From Barthelona sp. PCE (Eukaryota): DNA of 64,000 bases. Where the stretch lies: the NCBI GenBank assembly GCA_040285745.1, contig JAUFOR010000008.1:496001-560000 (forward strand), given 5' to 3'. A program made the position numbers and the translations under genes. Positions 1-12,000 of the stretch are shown piece by piece (position 1 is the stretch's first letter; each line of letters begins with the position of its first letter). The notes under the pieces were generated by a model. That model saw only the letters and a program-made list of their open reading frames with translations, was not told the origin of the DNA and made no database searches.

Positions 1-2198
1 ATATCCGCCTCGTACTTCTCTGTTTTTCCAATTAACTTCGTATACCCATCACCGAATGAAGCTGCCTTGTTCTCATATGTATCAACTGACTTGTGACGGA
101 TCCAAGTTGCAATGAAATAAGGAGGCGTTTCGCTGTTCTCTGGTATGTCTATCTTGATGTTTACCTTTAACATATCATAACTGGGATTAGTTGTACCAAA
201 ATTCTTTTTCAAACATTTTTCGTACCTATTCTTCTCATTTCCATCACAAAATGGGAACAATAGTTCAAGAGAGGCGTGTTTTGTCGTGAACAAACCCGAT
301 GCCTGACTTATAAAAACTGAATGTTCCTGCAATGTCTTGGACACTGTACTAATGGAAACAAACTCAGACATAAATTCGGTCATAAACATACATACGGTCA
401 CGTGGTGGTCCATCATCAGGTTCTTTGACCTCACTGTTATGTATAACTCTACGTCACTATTTGATCTGATAACATCACTTGAGATACCAATCACAAAAAT
501 ATTATTCTCAACCGTTTTAGTGATACCACCATACACCTGTCTCTCAGTATATGAATCGATGTCATACTGTTTCAGACATGATGAATCACCCGAAATAGGC
601 TTATCAATTCCGAATTGTATGTCAAAATCTTGGAGTAAATCGCTATCTGTGTCTTCGTATGCATCAAAACGCACTTTTATCTCTGTATACTTACTGAGAT
701 CACCTAATTTTACCTTGAAAAGTGCTTCTTCACCAACATCATAAAAAAAACTACATTTCTCTTCATTAACTATTAGAGTTGGAATGCTGTCTAATAGAAA
801 GCTAATAACCAAAGTTTCTGAGAACTCTTGAGCGTTATCAATCAGTAGCAGCACTGTGCTTTCTTTGTTTGCCATTGAAAAACACATGTTTAAAAAAAGA
901 GAGTGTTCCTCTTGAAAAAGTGAAAGCTTTTTCAACTTCTTTCCTTTCTCATCCAAAAAGAAAACACTTGTGCTGGAGATGATCATTCGCTCTGTATGTG
1001 TTATATCTAGCTTTAAAAATGTGTCATATGGTCGAACAAGAGGTGGAACTACAACACGTAAAAACGCTCTACCTAACCCATCAGTTTTAATTGGATGAAC
1101 AGATACAACGTTACTAGTAAGATTCACTTGATTATTAAATGCATGCAAATCGATATCATCATCATTGAAAGCATCAAAATATAAAGAAACTCCTTCAAAA
1201 TAACTAATCAGGAAAAACCCCTCTGTCCCAAAGTACGGTAACTGATGCTGTGGGTTTTTTAATTGAAGATACTTCAGATTATTAGGTTGAGCTCGTATAT
1301 TATCAAAATAAAAGAAATCATGATAATTATTCTCAAAAACTAAATAACAACCATCACATTTAGGTTTTCGAACAAAAACTACCTTGGATTCAAACTCAAT
1401 TATGCCTTTGTCTTCCAAAATATAAGGCGAATAAGAAGTAACCTCCAATTGAACCAAATGTGTATTGTTATATGCGTAAGCCTTGAAAATACCCTGCCCT
1501 AATGCAGCACATGGAAAGATAACTGACTGGTGGGTGATACCAATGAACTCTGAGAGATGAATGGTGTCACGAACATCATGCAAATTTGGTGCTAGTAATT
1601 GCTGTACAACAATCCTTTTTGGATTGGAAAACAAACATCTTATCTCGCATACTTTTTTCGCCATTTTTTCGTCTACTGTGAATTGTTGCGCCTCCTTAAC
1701 AAGACTATACACTTCATAATCAATGCTATATCTCAAAAGTGTATTGCAGTGAACATCCCTTGTTACACCTTCACCACGCATTAATACGGTGAGGCGCAGA
1801 TCTGGAGCGTCCCCTGGAGATGTGACGTTGATGCGTGGAAATTGTTGACGAAGCTCAATCTTATCATAATTCCAAGGTGCAAAACTCACGTTATACAAAT
1901 TCGATTTCGATGATTTATGGTACTCGTGCGCCATACCATACGTCAAAAACGTCTGAAATTGAACATTATTTGGCGTATGTTCCACAGAGGGAAATAAATT
2001 TTCAATACGCATAACTAGTTCATAATTAAAACCATCACTCAGGTTCTCGTGGATTTTAGATGTATCTATAACAACAGTAAGCATGTTGCTACACGATTGA
2101 CTGGACAAAACTAGAGTTTGAGATCCAAACTCAATCTTGTTGTTGCAATATGCAGTAATAACCAAAATTAATAGTGTTAAAAATCCTATACCCCCCAT
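1..2198 (-). CDS. Secreted/surface protein with signal peptide, partial (runs off the left edge, >730 aa); missing from the ORF track because no stop is in the window
   Basis: ATG at 2198: MGGIGFLTLLILVITAYCNNKIEFGS (hydrophobic signal peptide). Frame read open over ~2198-1620 and at spot checks at 1259, 779 and 59 (…SFGDGYTKLIGKTEKYEAD). Confidence 0.8.
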   Translation of the reverse strand, partial: MGGIGFLTLLILVITAYCNNKIEFGSQTLVLSSQSCSNMLTVVIDTSKIHENLSDGFNYELVMRIENLFPSVEHTPNNVQFQTFLTYGMAHEYHKSSKSNLYNVSFAPWNYDKIELRQQFPRINVTSPGDAPDLRLTVLMRGEGVTRDVHCNTLLRYSIDYEVYSLVKEAQQFTVDEKMAKKVCEIRCLFSNPKRIVVQQLLAPNLHDVRDTIHLSEFIGITHQSVIFPCAALGQGIFKAYAYNNTHLVQLEVTSYSPYILEDKGIIEFESKVVFVRKPKCDGCYLVFENNYHDFFYFDNIRAQPNNLKYLQLKNPQHQLPYFGTEGFFLISYFEGVSLYFDAFNDDDIDLHAFNNQVNLTSNVVSVHPIKTDGLGRAFLRVVVPPLVRPYDTFLKLDITHTERMIISSTSVFFLDEKGKKLKKLSLFQEEHSLFLNMCFSMANKESTVLLLIDNAQEFSETLVISFLLDSIPTLIVNEEKCSFFYDVGEEALFKVKLGDLSKYTEIKVRFDAYEDTDSDLLQDFDIQFGIDKPISGDSSCLKQYDIDSYTERQVYGGITKTVENNIFVIGISSDVIRSNSDVELYITVRSKNLMMDHHVTVCMFMTEFMSEFVSISTVSKTLQEHSVFISQASGLFTTKHASLELLFPFCDGNEKNRYEKCLKKNFGTTNPSYDMLKVNIKIDIPENSETPPYFIATWIRHKSVDTYENKAASFGDGYTKLIGKTEKYEAD

Positions 2199-2351
2199 TG
2201 ATGTGAATAAAGCATTACTCAAATGTGTTAGAAAGAGTGAAAAATTCGTTGTCACGTTTTTATCTCTTTTCTCGAGTAACTTTACGTGTTTTTCCACTGA
2301 AAATTTGCGTAGGTACCACAAAATACATAGATTTACGTGTTTCATAAAAAT

Positions 2352-3044
2352 ATGAGAAAAATTATAAAATTTAAGGGCTTAAGAAATCTCAAAGACGATT
2401 TTCATGTCTTTGCAGAGAGAAGTAACAGAGTGGGAGACATTTTTCGCCTGATTCTTGCTGTGTGCTTCACTTTTGTAGTAATTTTAGATTACTACGTAAC
2501 TGCACCCAACAATAATTATTTTATGTACTTGACTAACTTAAGTTTCTTACTCATTATTGTCTATTTCTACATGTTTCCTATTGTTCGGTTGATGTGGCCT
2601 TCTCTAAGCAAAGAAACTCGTAGAGTTCTAGTTAAGATTTTGAGATATTTGATGCTTCACAATTCAGTACTTTCATTTATCGTATCAACGGTGTATTGGT
2701 TATTTTTAGCCCCGGTTTTATGGCATAAGCATTCACCATTATTCAAGGTACTTTCCACAATAGTACATGCAGCTAATTTTGTTGCTTGTTGGTTGGAAAT
2801 ATTCATTCAAAGATGGATGTTCCCAAGATGGTATTTATATATAACTATTTCATTTTTATTTATATATACTTTTGCAGCTTTATTGTATAGGAAAATTTTT
2901 GATTTTCTAGTATATTGGTTTTTAGATGTTTCAAAACCTCTATTCTACATATTCTTACTTGTAGTACCAATAATGATGATGTTTGCTTTCTTTTTAGTAC
3001 AAAAAGTAACGAAATTCCGAGAAAAATGGTTTTATAGAAAATAA
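2352..3044 (+). CDS. Multi-pass membrane protein, FAR-17a/AIG1/rolling-stone-like
   Basis: About 6 hydrophobic segments; YLTNLS and VHAAN motifs resemble the conserved Thr/His of the AIG1/ADTRP family. First ATG at 2352. Confidence 0.65.
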   Translation: MRKIIKFKGLRNLKDDFHVFAERSNRVGDIFRLILAVCFTFVVILDYYVTAPNNNYFMYLTNLSFLLIIVYFYMFPIVRLMWPSLSKETRRVLVKILRYLMLHNSVLSFIVSTVYWLFLAPVLWHKHSPLFKVLSTIVHAANFVACWLEIFIQRWMFPRWYLYITISFLFIYTFAALLYRKIFDFLVYWFLDVSKPLFYIFLLVVPIMMMFAFFLVQKVTKFREKWFYRK

Positions 3045-3051
3045 CCTTATT

Positions 3052-5082
3052 CTACTTATTATTAACCATCATTTCTGATAATTTAGAACCAATACATTTG
3101 GCAACTGAATGGTTTTCAACCAACTCTTCAATTAAACTGCAATTTAACTCCTTTTCTTTTGATTGGGTGATAAGATCTTTCAAGAATCCAACAAGTTGAT
3201 TACTAAATTGTTTTAAATAAACTTTGAGACGATCAAAATCATCATCAATTTTGATTGAAAGCTGTTCAATAAGTAAAGTCAATTGTTCTTCCAAATTATT
3301 ATTGTTAAAGAAATCAAGTAAACGTTGTAAATCATCAACAACACATAATTTCATTTTTTTATCTATAGAAATGAAATATTTCTCAAATAAAAGTTCCAAA
3401 CCATTGTGACGTACAACATCCAACTCTTCTAACAGCATATCATGCGAATGTATATCACCTTTATGTTTCTGTAGTTCAACTCCCTCGCATAACATTAACA
3501 AATCGCGTTCAATACTAAACGGACTTGTGTTTTGTTTTAACTCAATGAGTTCTAGACCCTTATCAATAATTGAATGTATTGCGTTAACTAAAAAGTATGC
3601 ATTTGGCATATCATCAGATTCCGAAAGAATTTCATATAATAACAAACAAGTTCTGTGTAAATGGTTAATATTCTTCAGATCAGCCTCGTATGTCTCAAAA
3701 TTAAGCTTTAACAAACGCAATTCATCAAGTAAAAGTGTGTTAAATTTTGGCCAAACTTCCATTGAATCAAAAGTAGTGATAAAACTACAGTGCTGTGCGA
3801 AACGAGTAAATGTAACTGCTATCAATCCAAAATCTGTAAGTTTAGTTGTCTTACTTAACACTTCAGTCAAAAATACATCAATGCTGGAGTGTAATACATC
3901 AGAAAAGTCAACCATACCGTCATCCACAACAAAAACGCTCTTACCAAAGTTTGTAATATTAATGTACATCAAATTACATATAACCATAAAGTACACCATA
4001 ACCTGAAAAGGGCTTAAATATTCTTCTTCGATACGAAAAAACTTTCTAATATATTCATAATTATATTTGGGCGGTAATACATTTCTTGAATTAACAAGAC
4101 TATACTCTAATAATGCTATTTCTGATTCGCTAATCAAAAAATACCCTTTAGGCAGTTGAACTCTTTCGAATTTCTTCTTAAATAACCCCGAAGTCTCCTT
4201 TGTATTATTAATATGTAAAACTACAACATCACCTAAAAATTTCATCATGCTCTTTGATAGTAATGCCAAATTCTCCTGAATAAATTGATTGATTCTGTTC
4301 AAATAGATTGTAAACAGCTCATTGCGAAGCTTCTGATTATAATTAATCAAAAAGTTCATCAAAATAATGTTAAATGGATTAGGAACAAAGTTTTGCTTAA
4401 TATTACTGAATATAAACACCTTTTTAAGGAAAAACTCGGCGATTCTACCACTTAAAAGATTGATTAAGCGACTTAATTCAAGCGAAAACTCATCAATAAT
4501 CTTGTACTCTTTACCTTGGTTGTCGTTCCTGATCTTCAGAGAGGTCTGGAAGTGGTGAAATGCCTCCATGAACGTGGCTGACTCGATTTCTCCTGTTTCC
4601 AACGTTCTTATTGTGGATGGTGTTAACAAAAATCGATCTACATACACTCCAAGCTTGCTGACAACGTTTTGTCGGTTTTCCAATCGGTGTGAGATCTCGC
4701 TTGTCTGCTCCTGCCATAGTTTAATGCTTTTTGATACTTCTGTAAGATTTGTCTTAAAAGTTGTAATGAGAGACTGTGTGTTGGTTATCTTCTCCTGAAC
4801 TGTCTTCAACTCGTCGTGGTATTTCAAAGAAAGAGGCAAATCATTGCTAAAAACATCAATGAGCTCTTGTTCTGCAAGAAAAATATCCTTTTCAACGTTT
4901 TTGTAAGTATTTGCAAAGTCTCCTAACGACTCTGCTGTTTCTAAATCAGGAAACCGCTCGCAGAAATCCTCAAACTCACGCTGTATGTTAGATAAATCCA
5001 ATTCAACGTTCTCCGTTGTGATATCGAGCTTTTCGATATCAAATTCCAGCCCCAGGGAACTAACAGACTGCTGTTGCTCCAT
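3052..5082 (-). CDS. VPS52: GARP/EARP complex subunit Vps52-like
   Basis: N-terminal coiled coil followed by LENRQNVVSKLGVYVDRFLLTPSTIRTLETGEI, matching the Vps52 signature; 676 aa, helical. Confidence 0.75.
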   Translation of the reverse strand: MEQQQSVSSLGLEFDIEKLDITTENVELDLSNIQREFEDFCERFPDLETAESLGDFANTYKNVEKDIFLAEQELIDVFSNDLPLSLKYHDELKTVQEKITNTQSLITTFKTNLTEVSKSIKLWQEQTSEISHRLENRQNVVSKLGVYVDRFLLTPSTIRTLETGEIESATFMEAFHHFQTSLKIRNDNQGKEYKIIDEFSLELSRLINLLSGRIAEFFLKKVFIFSNIKQNFVPNPFNIILMNFLINYNQKLRNELFTIYLNRINQFIQENLALLSKSMMKFLGDVVVLHINNTKETSGLFKKKFERVQLPKGYFLISESEIALLEYSLVNSRNVLPPKYNYEYIRKFFRIEEEYLSPFQVMVYFMVICNLMYINITNFGKSVFVVDDGMVDFSDVLHSSIDVFLTEVLSKTTKLTDFGLIAVTFTRFAQHCSFITTFDSMEVWPKFNTLLLDELRLLKLNFETYEADLKNINHLHRTCLLLYEILSESDDMPNAYFLVNAIHSIIDKGLELIELKQNTSPFSIERDLLMLCEGVELQKHKGDIHSHDMLLEELDVVRHNGLELLFEKYFISIDKKMKLCVVDDLQRLLDFFNNNNLEEQLTLLIEQLSIKIDDDFDRLKVYLKQFSNQLVGFLKDLITQSKEKELNCSLIEELVENHSVAKCIGSKLSEMMVNNK

Positions 5083-5393
5083 TAAAATTTGCTAATTGAG
5101 GTACAAAAGGATAAAACAGAAATTTTTTGATGGAATAACGTTCATCAAGGTGGTGGTCCTTAATATTGCTTGTATTATTGAAAAGATTAGTGCTTTAAGT
5201 AACATTTTTGCTGATAATTTAAAAATAGAAATAACCTGCATTTTTTGTTATCATGTAGTCATTTCAAAGCAATATAATTACATGGAAATGAAGTTGTATT
5301 AAACAGTTTGACAATGATACGCTTTGTCAAACACTAATGTTGGACAAAAACAATTTTTCTTATTCCACAAAACACACCATTATCAAGCTATAG

Positions 5394-5942
5394 ATGTTCA
5401 ACAAAACAGGGGAATTTGGGGATTTCCAAGTGCTTGTAACTGTAGGCACAACGAAATTCGACGATTTGGTGGAGTTATTTTTGGACTCAAGACCAGATAA
5501 CCTTATTCAGTATTTTGAAAGGCAAAATGTTCGTTTAATTGTGCAGTATGGTCGTTCAGAGCTGGAAATTCCTGAAAATGACGTTTTTCAACAGTTCATT
5601 CCCAATTTTACCGAATGTATCGGCAGATCTAACATAGTAATCACAGCAGGAGGGGCCGGAACTATAACAGAATGTCTTGAACGCAACGTCTATACCATAG
5701 CAATCCCTAATGAAACGCTAATGGGAAACCATCAACTAGAGCTTACTGAACCTCTCTATGAAAAGGGTCTCATCCAAACATTCCGCCTGACAGAGTGCTC
5801 TAGAGATGATGCTATCAACAAGATTAAAAGACTGTATGAAGAATATCAAAAACCTTGTTTCTCTCATGAAAACGATGAATTAAAGCAACAGCTGAGGGAG
5901 GAGTTTGATAGTTTCTTCAATTCAAAGCCTAAAAAGGAATAA
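5394..5942 (+). CDS. ALG13: UDP-GlcNAc transferase catalytic subunit ALG13 (Glyco_tran_28_C)
   Basis: VTVGTTKFDDLV, VQYG, GGAGTITECL, IPNETLMGNHQLEL motifs. Confidence 0.93.
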   Translation: MFNKTGEFGDFQVLVTVGTTKFDDLVELFLDSRPDNLIQYFERQNVRLIVQYGRSELEIPENDVFQQFIPNFTECIGRSNIVITAGGAGTITECLERNVYTIAIPNETLMGNHQLELTEPLYEKGLIQTFRLTECSRDDAINKIKRLYEEYQKPCFSHENDELKQQLREEFDSFFNSKPKKE

Positions 5943-5976
5943 AAATTGTGTTTTAACTTTTATCAGTTTTTTTGTT

Positions 5977-7509
5977 ATGGATTTAATTGGGCTACCTGAA
6001 TCAACAAAGCTAGCACGCGACTATGCTCTTGTCGGTGACTATGTAGCCAGTCTAGCAACGTATAACACGTGTATTGAGCAAATGAAAGGCTATATCAACA
6101 AGCTTAACTCTCCTAACAATATTTCGGATTGGAACCGTGTCCTCACGAAGTTTGAGGCTGAAAAATCACGCGTGCAAGATATTTTGGAGTTGTTGAACAA
6201 CTTTGATAAGAAAGCTGAAGAGGATCCCTTCAGCTTTGGACCTCCTCGTGACGTTATACGCGACCCCCTTGATGTTGTGGAGCACAAACCTGTCAGGAAG
6301 AACATAAAGCCCCCGGTTAAACCTCATTATGTGCGTGATAACAGGAACTCACGTTCGAACTTACACGAGAGAGAGCGTTCGAGTGAATCCCGTTTTGGAG
6401 GCCGCAAGCCTTTTGAGAGAAAGAACTCTGAGCGTAACCGTAAGCCACGTCCTACATCTGATGAAAGATCTCACAAAACTCGAAACAAGTCAGGTCAAGG
6501 TCGTAAACCTCGCCCTAATAGCAGTGGAAGAGGTGGCCGCCGCCCTGAAAAGCCGAAGAATCCTGAGGATCGTCCACTTGAACGTAAGTTTGAGTCAAAT
6601 AACGCCGACCAGTCTCTAATTGACGTTGTCGAGTCTGACATGTTGATCAAGAAGCCAAACGTTCTATTTAGCGACATTGCGGGTCTTATCGAGGCCAAGA
6701 GGCTGATTGAAGAAGCGGTGTTGCTCCCTGCAATCATGCCTGACTTCTTTAAGGGGATTCGTCAACCTTGGAAGGGGATTCTGATGTATGGTCCACCTGG
6801 AGTTGGAAAAACTCTTTTAGCAAAGGCCACTGCAACTGAGAGCGAGCTGGCGTTCTTTAATATGAGAGCTAGTACCATTGGAAGTAAGTACAGAGGTGAG
6901 AGTGAGAAACTTGTGCGATTGATTTTTGAGATGGCTCGTTTCTATAGCCCCTCCATTGTCTTTATTGACGAAATTGATGCTATCTTTAGCGCTGAGCAGG
7001 AGCAGCACCAGGCATCAGTGCGCATTCGTTCTGAATTGTTGCAACAGATGGACGGAATTATTGACGGTCAAGATAGTAGAGTTGTTGTTATCGCTGCCAC
7101 AAATTATCCGTGGAACCTGGCTGAGGCTCTTGTGCGCCGTCTCGAGAAGCGTATTTACATCCCGCTCCCGGATGCTGTGGCTCGTAAAGGTCTTATTCAA
7201 AATTCTTTAAGTGAAATTCAAATGGAGGATGTCGATCTGGACGATGTTGTTGCAAAGACTGAGGGTTATTCCTGTCACGACATCACAATGGTCTGTAGAG
7301 ATGCATCCATGATGGAGATGCGCCGTAGAATTGAGGGACTTAACCCGAGACAGATCAAGGAGAAGATGGCTCAAGCTAGTGAAAGTTTTATGTCTCCACC
7401 TGTTACTCACCAGGATTGTCTTCTGGCAGTACAGCGCATCAAGCCTTCTGTCAAGGCTGAAGATGTTGCTAAACATCATGAATGGTCTGTTAAACATGGA
7501 TCTACGTAG
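5977..7509 (+). CDS. KATNA1: Katanin p60 catalytic subunit (MIT + AAA ATPase)
   Basis: N-terminal KLARDYALVGDY; PDFFKGIRQPWKGILMYGPPGVGKT (Walker A); FIDEID (Walker B); RRLEKRIYIPLP. First ATG at 5977. Confidence 0.93.
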   Translation: MDLIGLPESTKLARDYALVGDYVASLATYNTCIEQMKGYINKLNSPNNISDWNRVLTKFEAEKSRVQDILELLNNFDKKAEEDPFSFGPPRDVIRDPLDVVEHKPVRKNIKPPVKPHYVRDNRNSRSNLHERERSSESRFGGRKPFERKNSERNRKPRPTSDERSHKTRNKSGQGRKPRPNSSGRGGRRPEKPKNPEDRPLERKFESNNADQSLIDVVESDMLIKKPNVLFSDIAGLIEAKRLIEEAVLLPAIMPDFFKGIRQPWKGILMYGPPGVGKTLLAKATATESELAFFNMRASTIGSKYRGESEKLVRLIFEMARFYSPSIVFIDEIDAIFSAEQEQHQASVRIRSELLQQMDGIIDGQDSRVVVIAATNYPWNLAEALVRRLEKRIYIPLPDAVARKGLIQNSLSEIQMEDVDLDDVVAKTEGYSCHDITMVCRDASMMEMRRRIEGLNPRQIKEKMAQASESFMSPPVTHQDCLLAVQRIKPSVKAEDVAKHHEWSVKHGST

Positions 7510-7512
7510 TAA

Positions 7513-8988
7513 ATGGATTTATTCGCCTTACTGTCTGATTTCTTGGAGCCATTACATCTCCGCGATTACGGGGCACGGTTGGGGGACGTTTCTTGCCCAT
7601 ATCTTGATTCTTATAATGAGAAAACTGATACTTTACGCACAAACGCATCAAATTGCGTTGCCTTGATATTTCGTGATGTAGATATCGTTGTGTTGGCACC
7701 GGGTAATGGGGGAAAACTGACTCTATCATCTTTTTTTCAACATTCCGATGGGTTTGTTGGGAAATTTATTACAGCTCTGGAAAGTATCGATTCATTCAAT
7801 AACATTCGTGTTGTGGAACATAAATCGCGGAATGGGAACATAGAGCAGTTGTTTTGTGTATGTACAGATGATTTCGTGTACCTTGTCGACTGTTCAGGAC
7901 AGTTAATATTTATAAACACTCCTGCACCAACTTGGTCTGCAAACTTCATGCACAGCGACGACAAGACCACAATTTTGCTGGGAAATAACCATCATTCTAT
8001 TCAATTAGTCGACTTAGAGACTAAGAAGCATCAGTACTTCTGCATGCAGTATAACTGCCCCTCTATCCACGTGTGTCCGCACACAGGTCTCATTTATGCT
8101 GCATGTATCACTGGAAAGGTATATATAATTGACAGTTCTGCCCCAAAATATAGTTTGATAAAAATGGACGGGGCTGTATGGGATGTTAAAACGATGAACA
8201 TTAATGAGTGTATCAACACACAGAGGACATGTCCCGTAAGTGATGCTATGAGAGCGGGTGCATATCAACTGTTGGTAAAGAACAATCGACTTCAAAAAGT
8301 CAAAGATGCATTAGATGAAGAAATTGAATCAGCTACAGAACAATTTTATGCTGAAGCCAGTTCTCCTCCTGATGATGAAGAGAAGGAAATGTTTTTAGCT
8401 GAAAGCACTGAAGAATTCTACAAAAGTTTAACAGATTACGAACCCATCATCGAATTTCAGTATGGTATTGACTTTGATTATGTTGATTCGGATAAAACGA
8501 GCACAGATATAACGAAAAACTTAGAGTATGAAGAGCCAGAAACTCATGTAATCAATGATTGTCTTCAGAAAGATATTGGTAGTTTTATCAACAATATTTA
8601 TGATTTTGAATATTATGTTGAGACGCCGGAACTACAAGAAACCCTCCTCGTTGTGCTCTATCCGACTGCAATAGCATTATACACAGTTGGAATTAGAACA
8701 GATCTCCTTTTTTTAAATGCTGTTGATGGTTCAAGGCTACTCACACAACTGTTGTTATTGGTTGACGGTGTTTACATCGTTGTTGACAGATATTCAATGA
8801 AATTCTTCATATATCAAGTGATCAAGTACAGAGATAAGAAAATTATTCCCAAAATAACTCACGTTAATTGCAGAGATATGATACATTCAATGGCTGTAAT
8901 TGATGAATGTACTCTTCTCATTGTCTTTTGCAATGGAAATATTGCTATTAAGCATATCACATACAATATTGAAACAAATAATGTGTAA
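7513..8988 (+). CDS. Beta-propeller (WD40-like) protein, possibly CRT10-like
   Basis: 491 aa; PTWSANF…ILLGNNHHSIQL…YNCPSI…AACITGKVYII…GAVWDV resembles CRT10-type WD repeats; acidic central insert. Confidence 0.45.
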   Translation: MDLFALLSDFLEPLHLRDYGARLGDVSCPYLDSYNEKTDTLRTNASNCVALIFRDVDIVVLAPGNGGKLTLSSFFQHSDGFVGKFITALESIDSFNNIRVVEHKSRNGNIEQLFCVCTDDFVYLVDCSGQLIFINTPAPTWSANFMHSDDKTTILLGNNHHSIQLVDLETKKHQYFCMQYNCPSIHVCPHTGLIYAACITGKVYIIDSSAPKYSLIKMDGAVWDVKTMNINECINTQRTCPVSDAMRAGAYQLLVKNNRLQKVKDALDEEIESATEQFYAEASSPPDDEEKEMFLAESTEEFYKSLTDYEPIIEFQYGIDFDYVDSDKTSTDITKNLEYEEPETHVINDCLQKDIGSFINNIYDFEYYVETPELQETLLVVLYPTAIALYTVGIRTDLLFLNAVDGSRLLTQLLLLVDGVYIVVDRYSMKFFIYQVIKYRDKKIIPKITHVNCRDMIHSMAVIDECTLLIVFCNGNIAIKHITYNIETNNV

Positions 8989-9050
8989 AAAAAGATTAAA
9001 TAACACAGTTTATTGCGTTTATACAAGAAAACATGATTGTTCAGTCAGAC

Positions 9051-12000
9051 TTATTCAGCCTTGCTTTGTTGTCTCTTCTCAAAGACAACACCACCAATGA
9101 TAACAATAACAGACAGAATGATAAAGATCAGAGTTGTAGAAGTAGAAACTTCAACAACAACTTTCTCGGAAACAGTCTGTAATTCGGGAACCTTCGTGGG
9201 GAATGAGAATTCACCAGTCATGGTCTCGATATCAAAGAGGTTAGGAGCGTTCTTAATGATCTCCTCAGCGTGAGAAAGAGGAGCACGAACAGTGAAACCT
9301 TTAGAATCATAATAAGGAACAAAGTAATCACAGTGGTAAGTTGTGAGAGCGGCGTGAACCTTCTCATCAACAAACTGAGTCTTTGAACCAGCAAGCTCGG
9401 CTTCGGAAGCGCGAACCTTCTCAAGAGCAATGGAATAGAAAGCTTCCTCGGTGGTAGTGGTAGTACCGTAGAAGATGGACTTCTGAGGACAACCAGATTG
9501 TGAAATCTGATCTCTGGAAAGGAGCTTCATGGAATCAACCTTGAAAGTCATAACAGCAGCGTTCTCGGGGAGCATTTCAACTACAACAAGCAAGTTCTTA
9601 CGGGAGAAAGCGTAAGCACGATGGTTGAGAGTAAAGGTGGTACGGCCATAAGGCTGAACATAATCACCATTCCAATCCTTTTCAGTCCAGAGGTTCTGGA
9701 TATCATCAAAGGCTGAAAGAATAACAAGGTTCTCAGCGTTACGAAGCTTCATATCCTTGTAGGGGTTACCAATGAGACCGAACTTGTTGACACCAAATCC
9801 AATAACATCACCAGTAATGGCAATGTCACGGGCCTCAATGTACATACCAGCGGGGCTGGGAGTAGAGAAGACATAGATGTGGCTCTCGTCTGTTCCACCA
9901 ACTGTAACAGCGGCTTCACGAGTAGTAGGAAGAGATGCAATCTTACCAATGGTAAAGTAAACATTCTCAATGTTCCTGGTTGTGGTACCCAAACCACCGA
10001 AGTTCAAGGTAATGTACATCTTCTCTTCGTGAGGATGAAGAGCGGGGAACTGAAGAGGCTTCATGCTGTTGAAACCACCACGAATATCAAACGAATTCCT
10101 GGCATTGATAACAAACTCGCTCTTGACACCATCAACAATGGCGGTAGCAGCGTTCTGTTCAACAAAGTGAAGATACTTGGCAGCATCGTTCTTGAAGATG
10201 CTGAGATCAACAGAGAAGAAGAGCATGTTCTGAACAGTAGTGGTCAGATCAATGGGGTACTTCTTGGTTGCCTCAACAATGGGAGTAATGGTCAAAGGCT
10301 TAACAGTGTACTTGAGACCGTTGTAAGTGTTACGGTTAGTATAAGTAGCAATGACGTAAATCTTAGAAACATCGGTATGAGCGCGGGCAACATTCCAAGG
10401 CATGAGTTGAGTGGTGCTCTTGACAACAGCGTTGGAGCTTGAAGGAGGAGCAATAGGGCGGAAGTGATCATCGTACATCTTGAGGGTGGCTTCAGCATAG
10501 TCAGAAAGCTCAAGGTAGTGAGTTCCAGCGGCAACAGAAGTGACGTCAATCTCATAGATGTTGACGAGGGAAGAGACAGCCTTGCGGAAAGCAACGGTGT
10601 CAGCAGTCATAGTGGCAAAGATATCGGAAGTATCAACAATGAATTGACTGATAGTGCCATAAATGGAAGAATCGGAAGATTTAACCTCGAAGATGAGTTC
10701 GTCACCAGCTGATACGTTCATGAAAGCATAAGCCTTGTAAGTACCAACTGTGAACTCAATCTTGGAAGCAGCAATAAGAGTACCATCAGCCTTCTTACCA
10801 TAGAAAGAACCTTCAATGCTCAGCTCAGACTCAAAGTGAACACCGAAGAACTTCTTGAATCCATCGACGCCGGCAGGGACAGTGAGCTTGTAAGGAACAG
10901 GCTCAGCCAGGGTGCTAAACTTGATATCACGAGCAGGGTTGAGATCGTGAGCCTTCAATGCGGAGAAGAAAGTTTCGCCCGCAACGCTGACGGCCTCAGA
11001 GTTGGGAATAGGAGTAGCATCAATTTCAAGGGTGAAAGGAGTAGTGGTAGAACCAATACAGAATTCACCGTTGTTCTTGACCTTATCCTGAGCATCAACG
11101 TGAATAAGAATCCAGTTACCCTTGGAGTAAGTACCAGTGTAAGTGGAAGAAAGGGCTGAAGAAGCAGGAGTATCGCTAGGCATATTGTGCTTCATGTAGA
11201 GACCAGACTCGACATAATCAGCAGAAGCAAACTTGATAGAACCAACCTTGATGTTACGGACAGCACCGTAAACAGAAAGGGTCTCGGTATCAATTGAAGT
11301 GTCAATCTTGTAGAAGTAATGACCCTTCACGCTCTTCATACAGTGCTCGGTGTTGCGAGATAATGTCTTGAAGTCGTTGAAACCAACAAATGTGATCTTG
11401 AAGCTGTACTTGGAAAGCTTAGAAGCAGAAAGCTGCATGATGCTACCCTTAACAGTGTGTACAGTAGAAGCAGTACGAGGAAGCAAGACCTTGGTCTTGG
11501 GAAGAATTTGAAGTTCATCAGCAAGGTTAAGGTTGGGATAAGTACCAGGGTTACCGCTCATCTTGAACGTAATTGCGTATTCGGGAGACAAGTTCTCGAA
11601 CTCAATAATGTAATAACCATCTTGAGGGTTCTCAGGGATAGTAAGAGTATACTTACGCTGATCAACAACGGTATCAGTATAACGCTTGTTCATGACAACC
11701 TCTTCGAGAGCCTCAACACGAGTGGTCTCAAAGGTGATGGACTCATCGAAGCCCATGGTGAAATACCAATAGGAGACGGAAGACTTGAGGTAATCAACAG
11801 ACAAATCAGTATAGATGTGACCGTTGTTGGAGAATGTTGTAGTCTTGGTAGAATCGGGGAAGTTCTCATAAGCAGTGAAGGGACTCATGCTAGTGTGAAC
11901 AATAACCTCAGTACCGTAACCACGACGCTCGTTGACGGTATGGCGTACCTTACAGCCGTCAACGGGACACTCGCAAGTAGTAGCAGGGGTGGAACCGCAA

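Noticed and set aside
337-744. 135-aa plus-strand ORF
   Set aside because: Antisense to the long minus-strand signal-peptide gene starting at 2198.
5306-5332. Hairpin GTTTGACAA…TTGTCAAAC in the VPS52-ALG13 spacer
   Set aside because: Isolated AT-rich 9-bp stem with no convincing snoRNA boxes; insufficient support.
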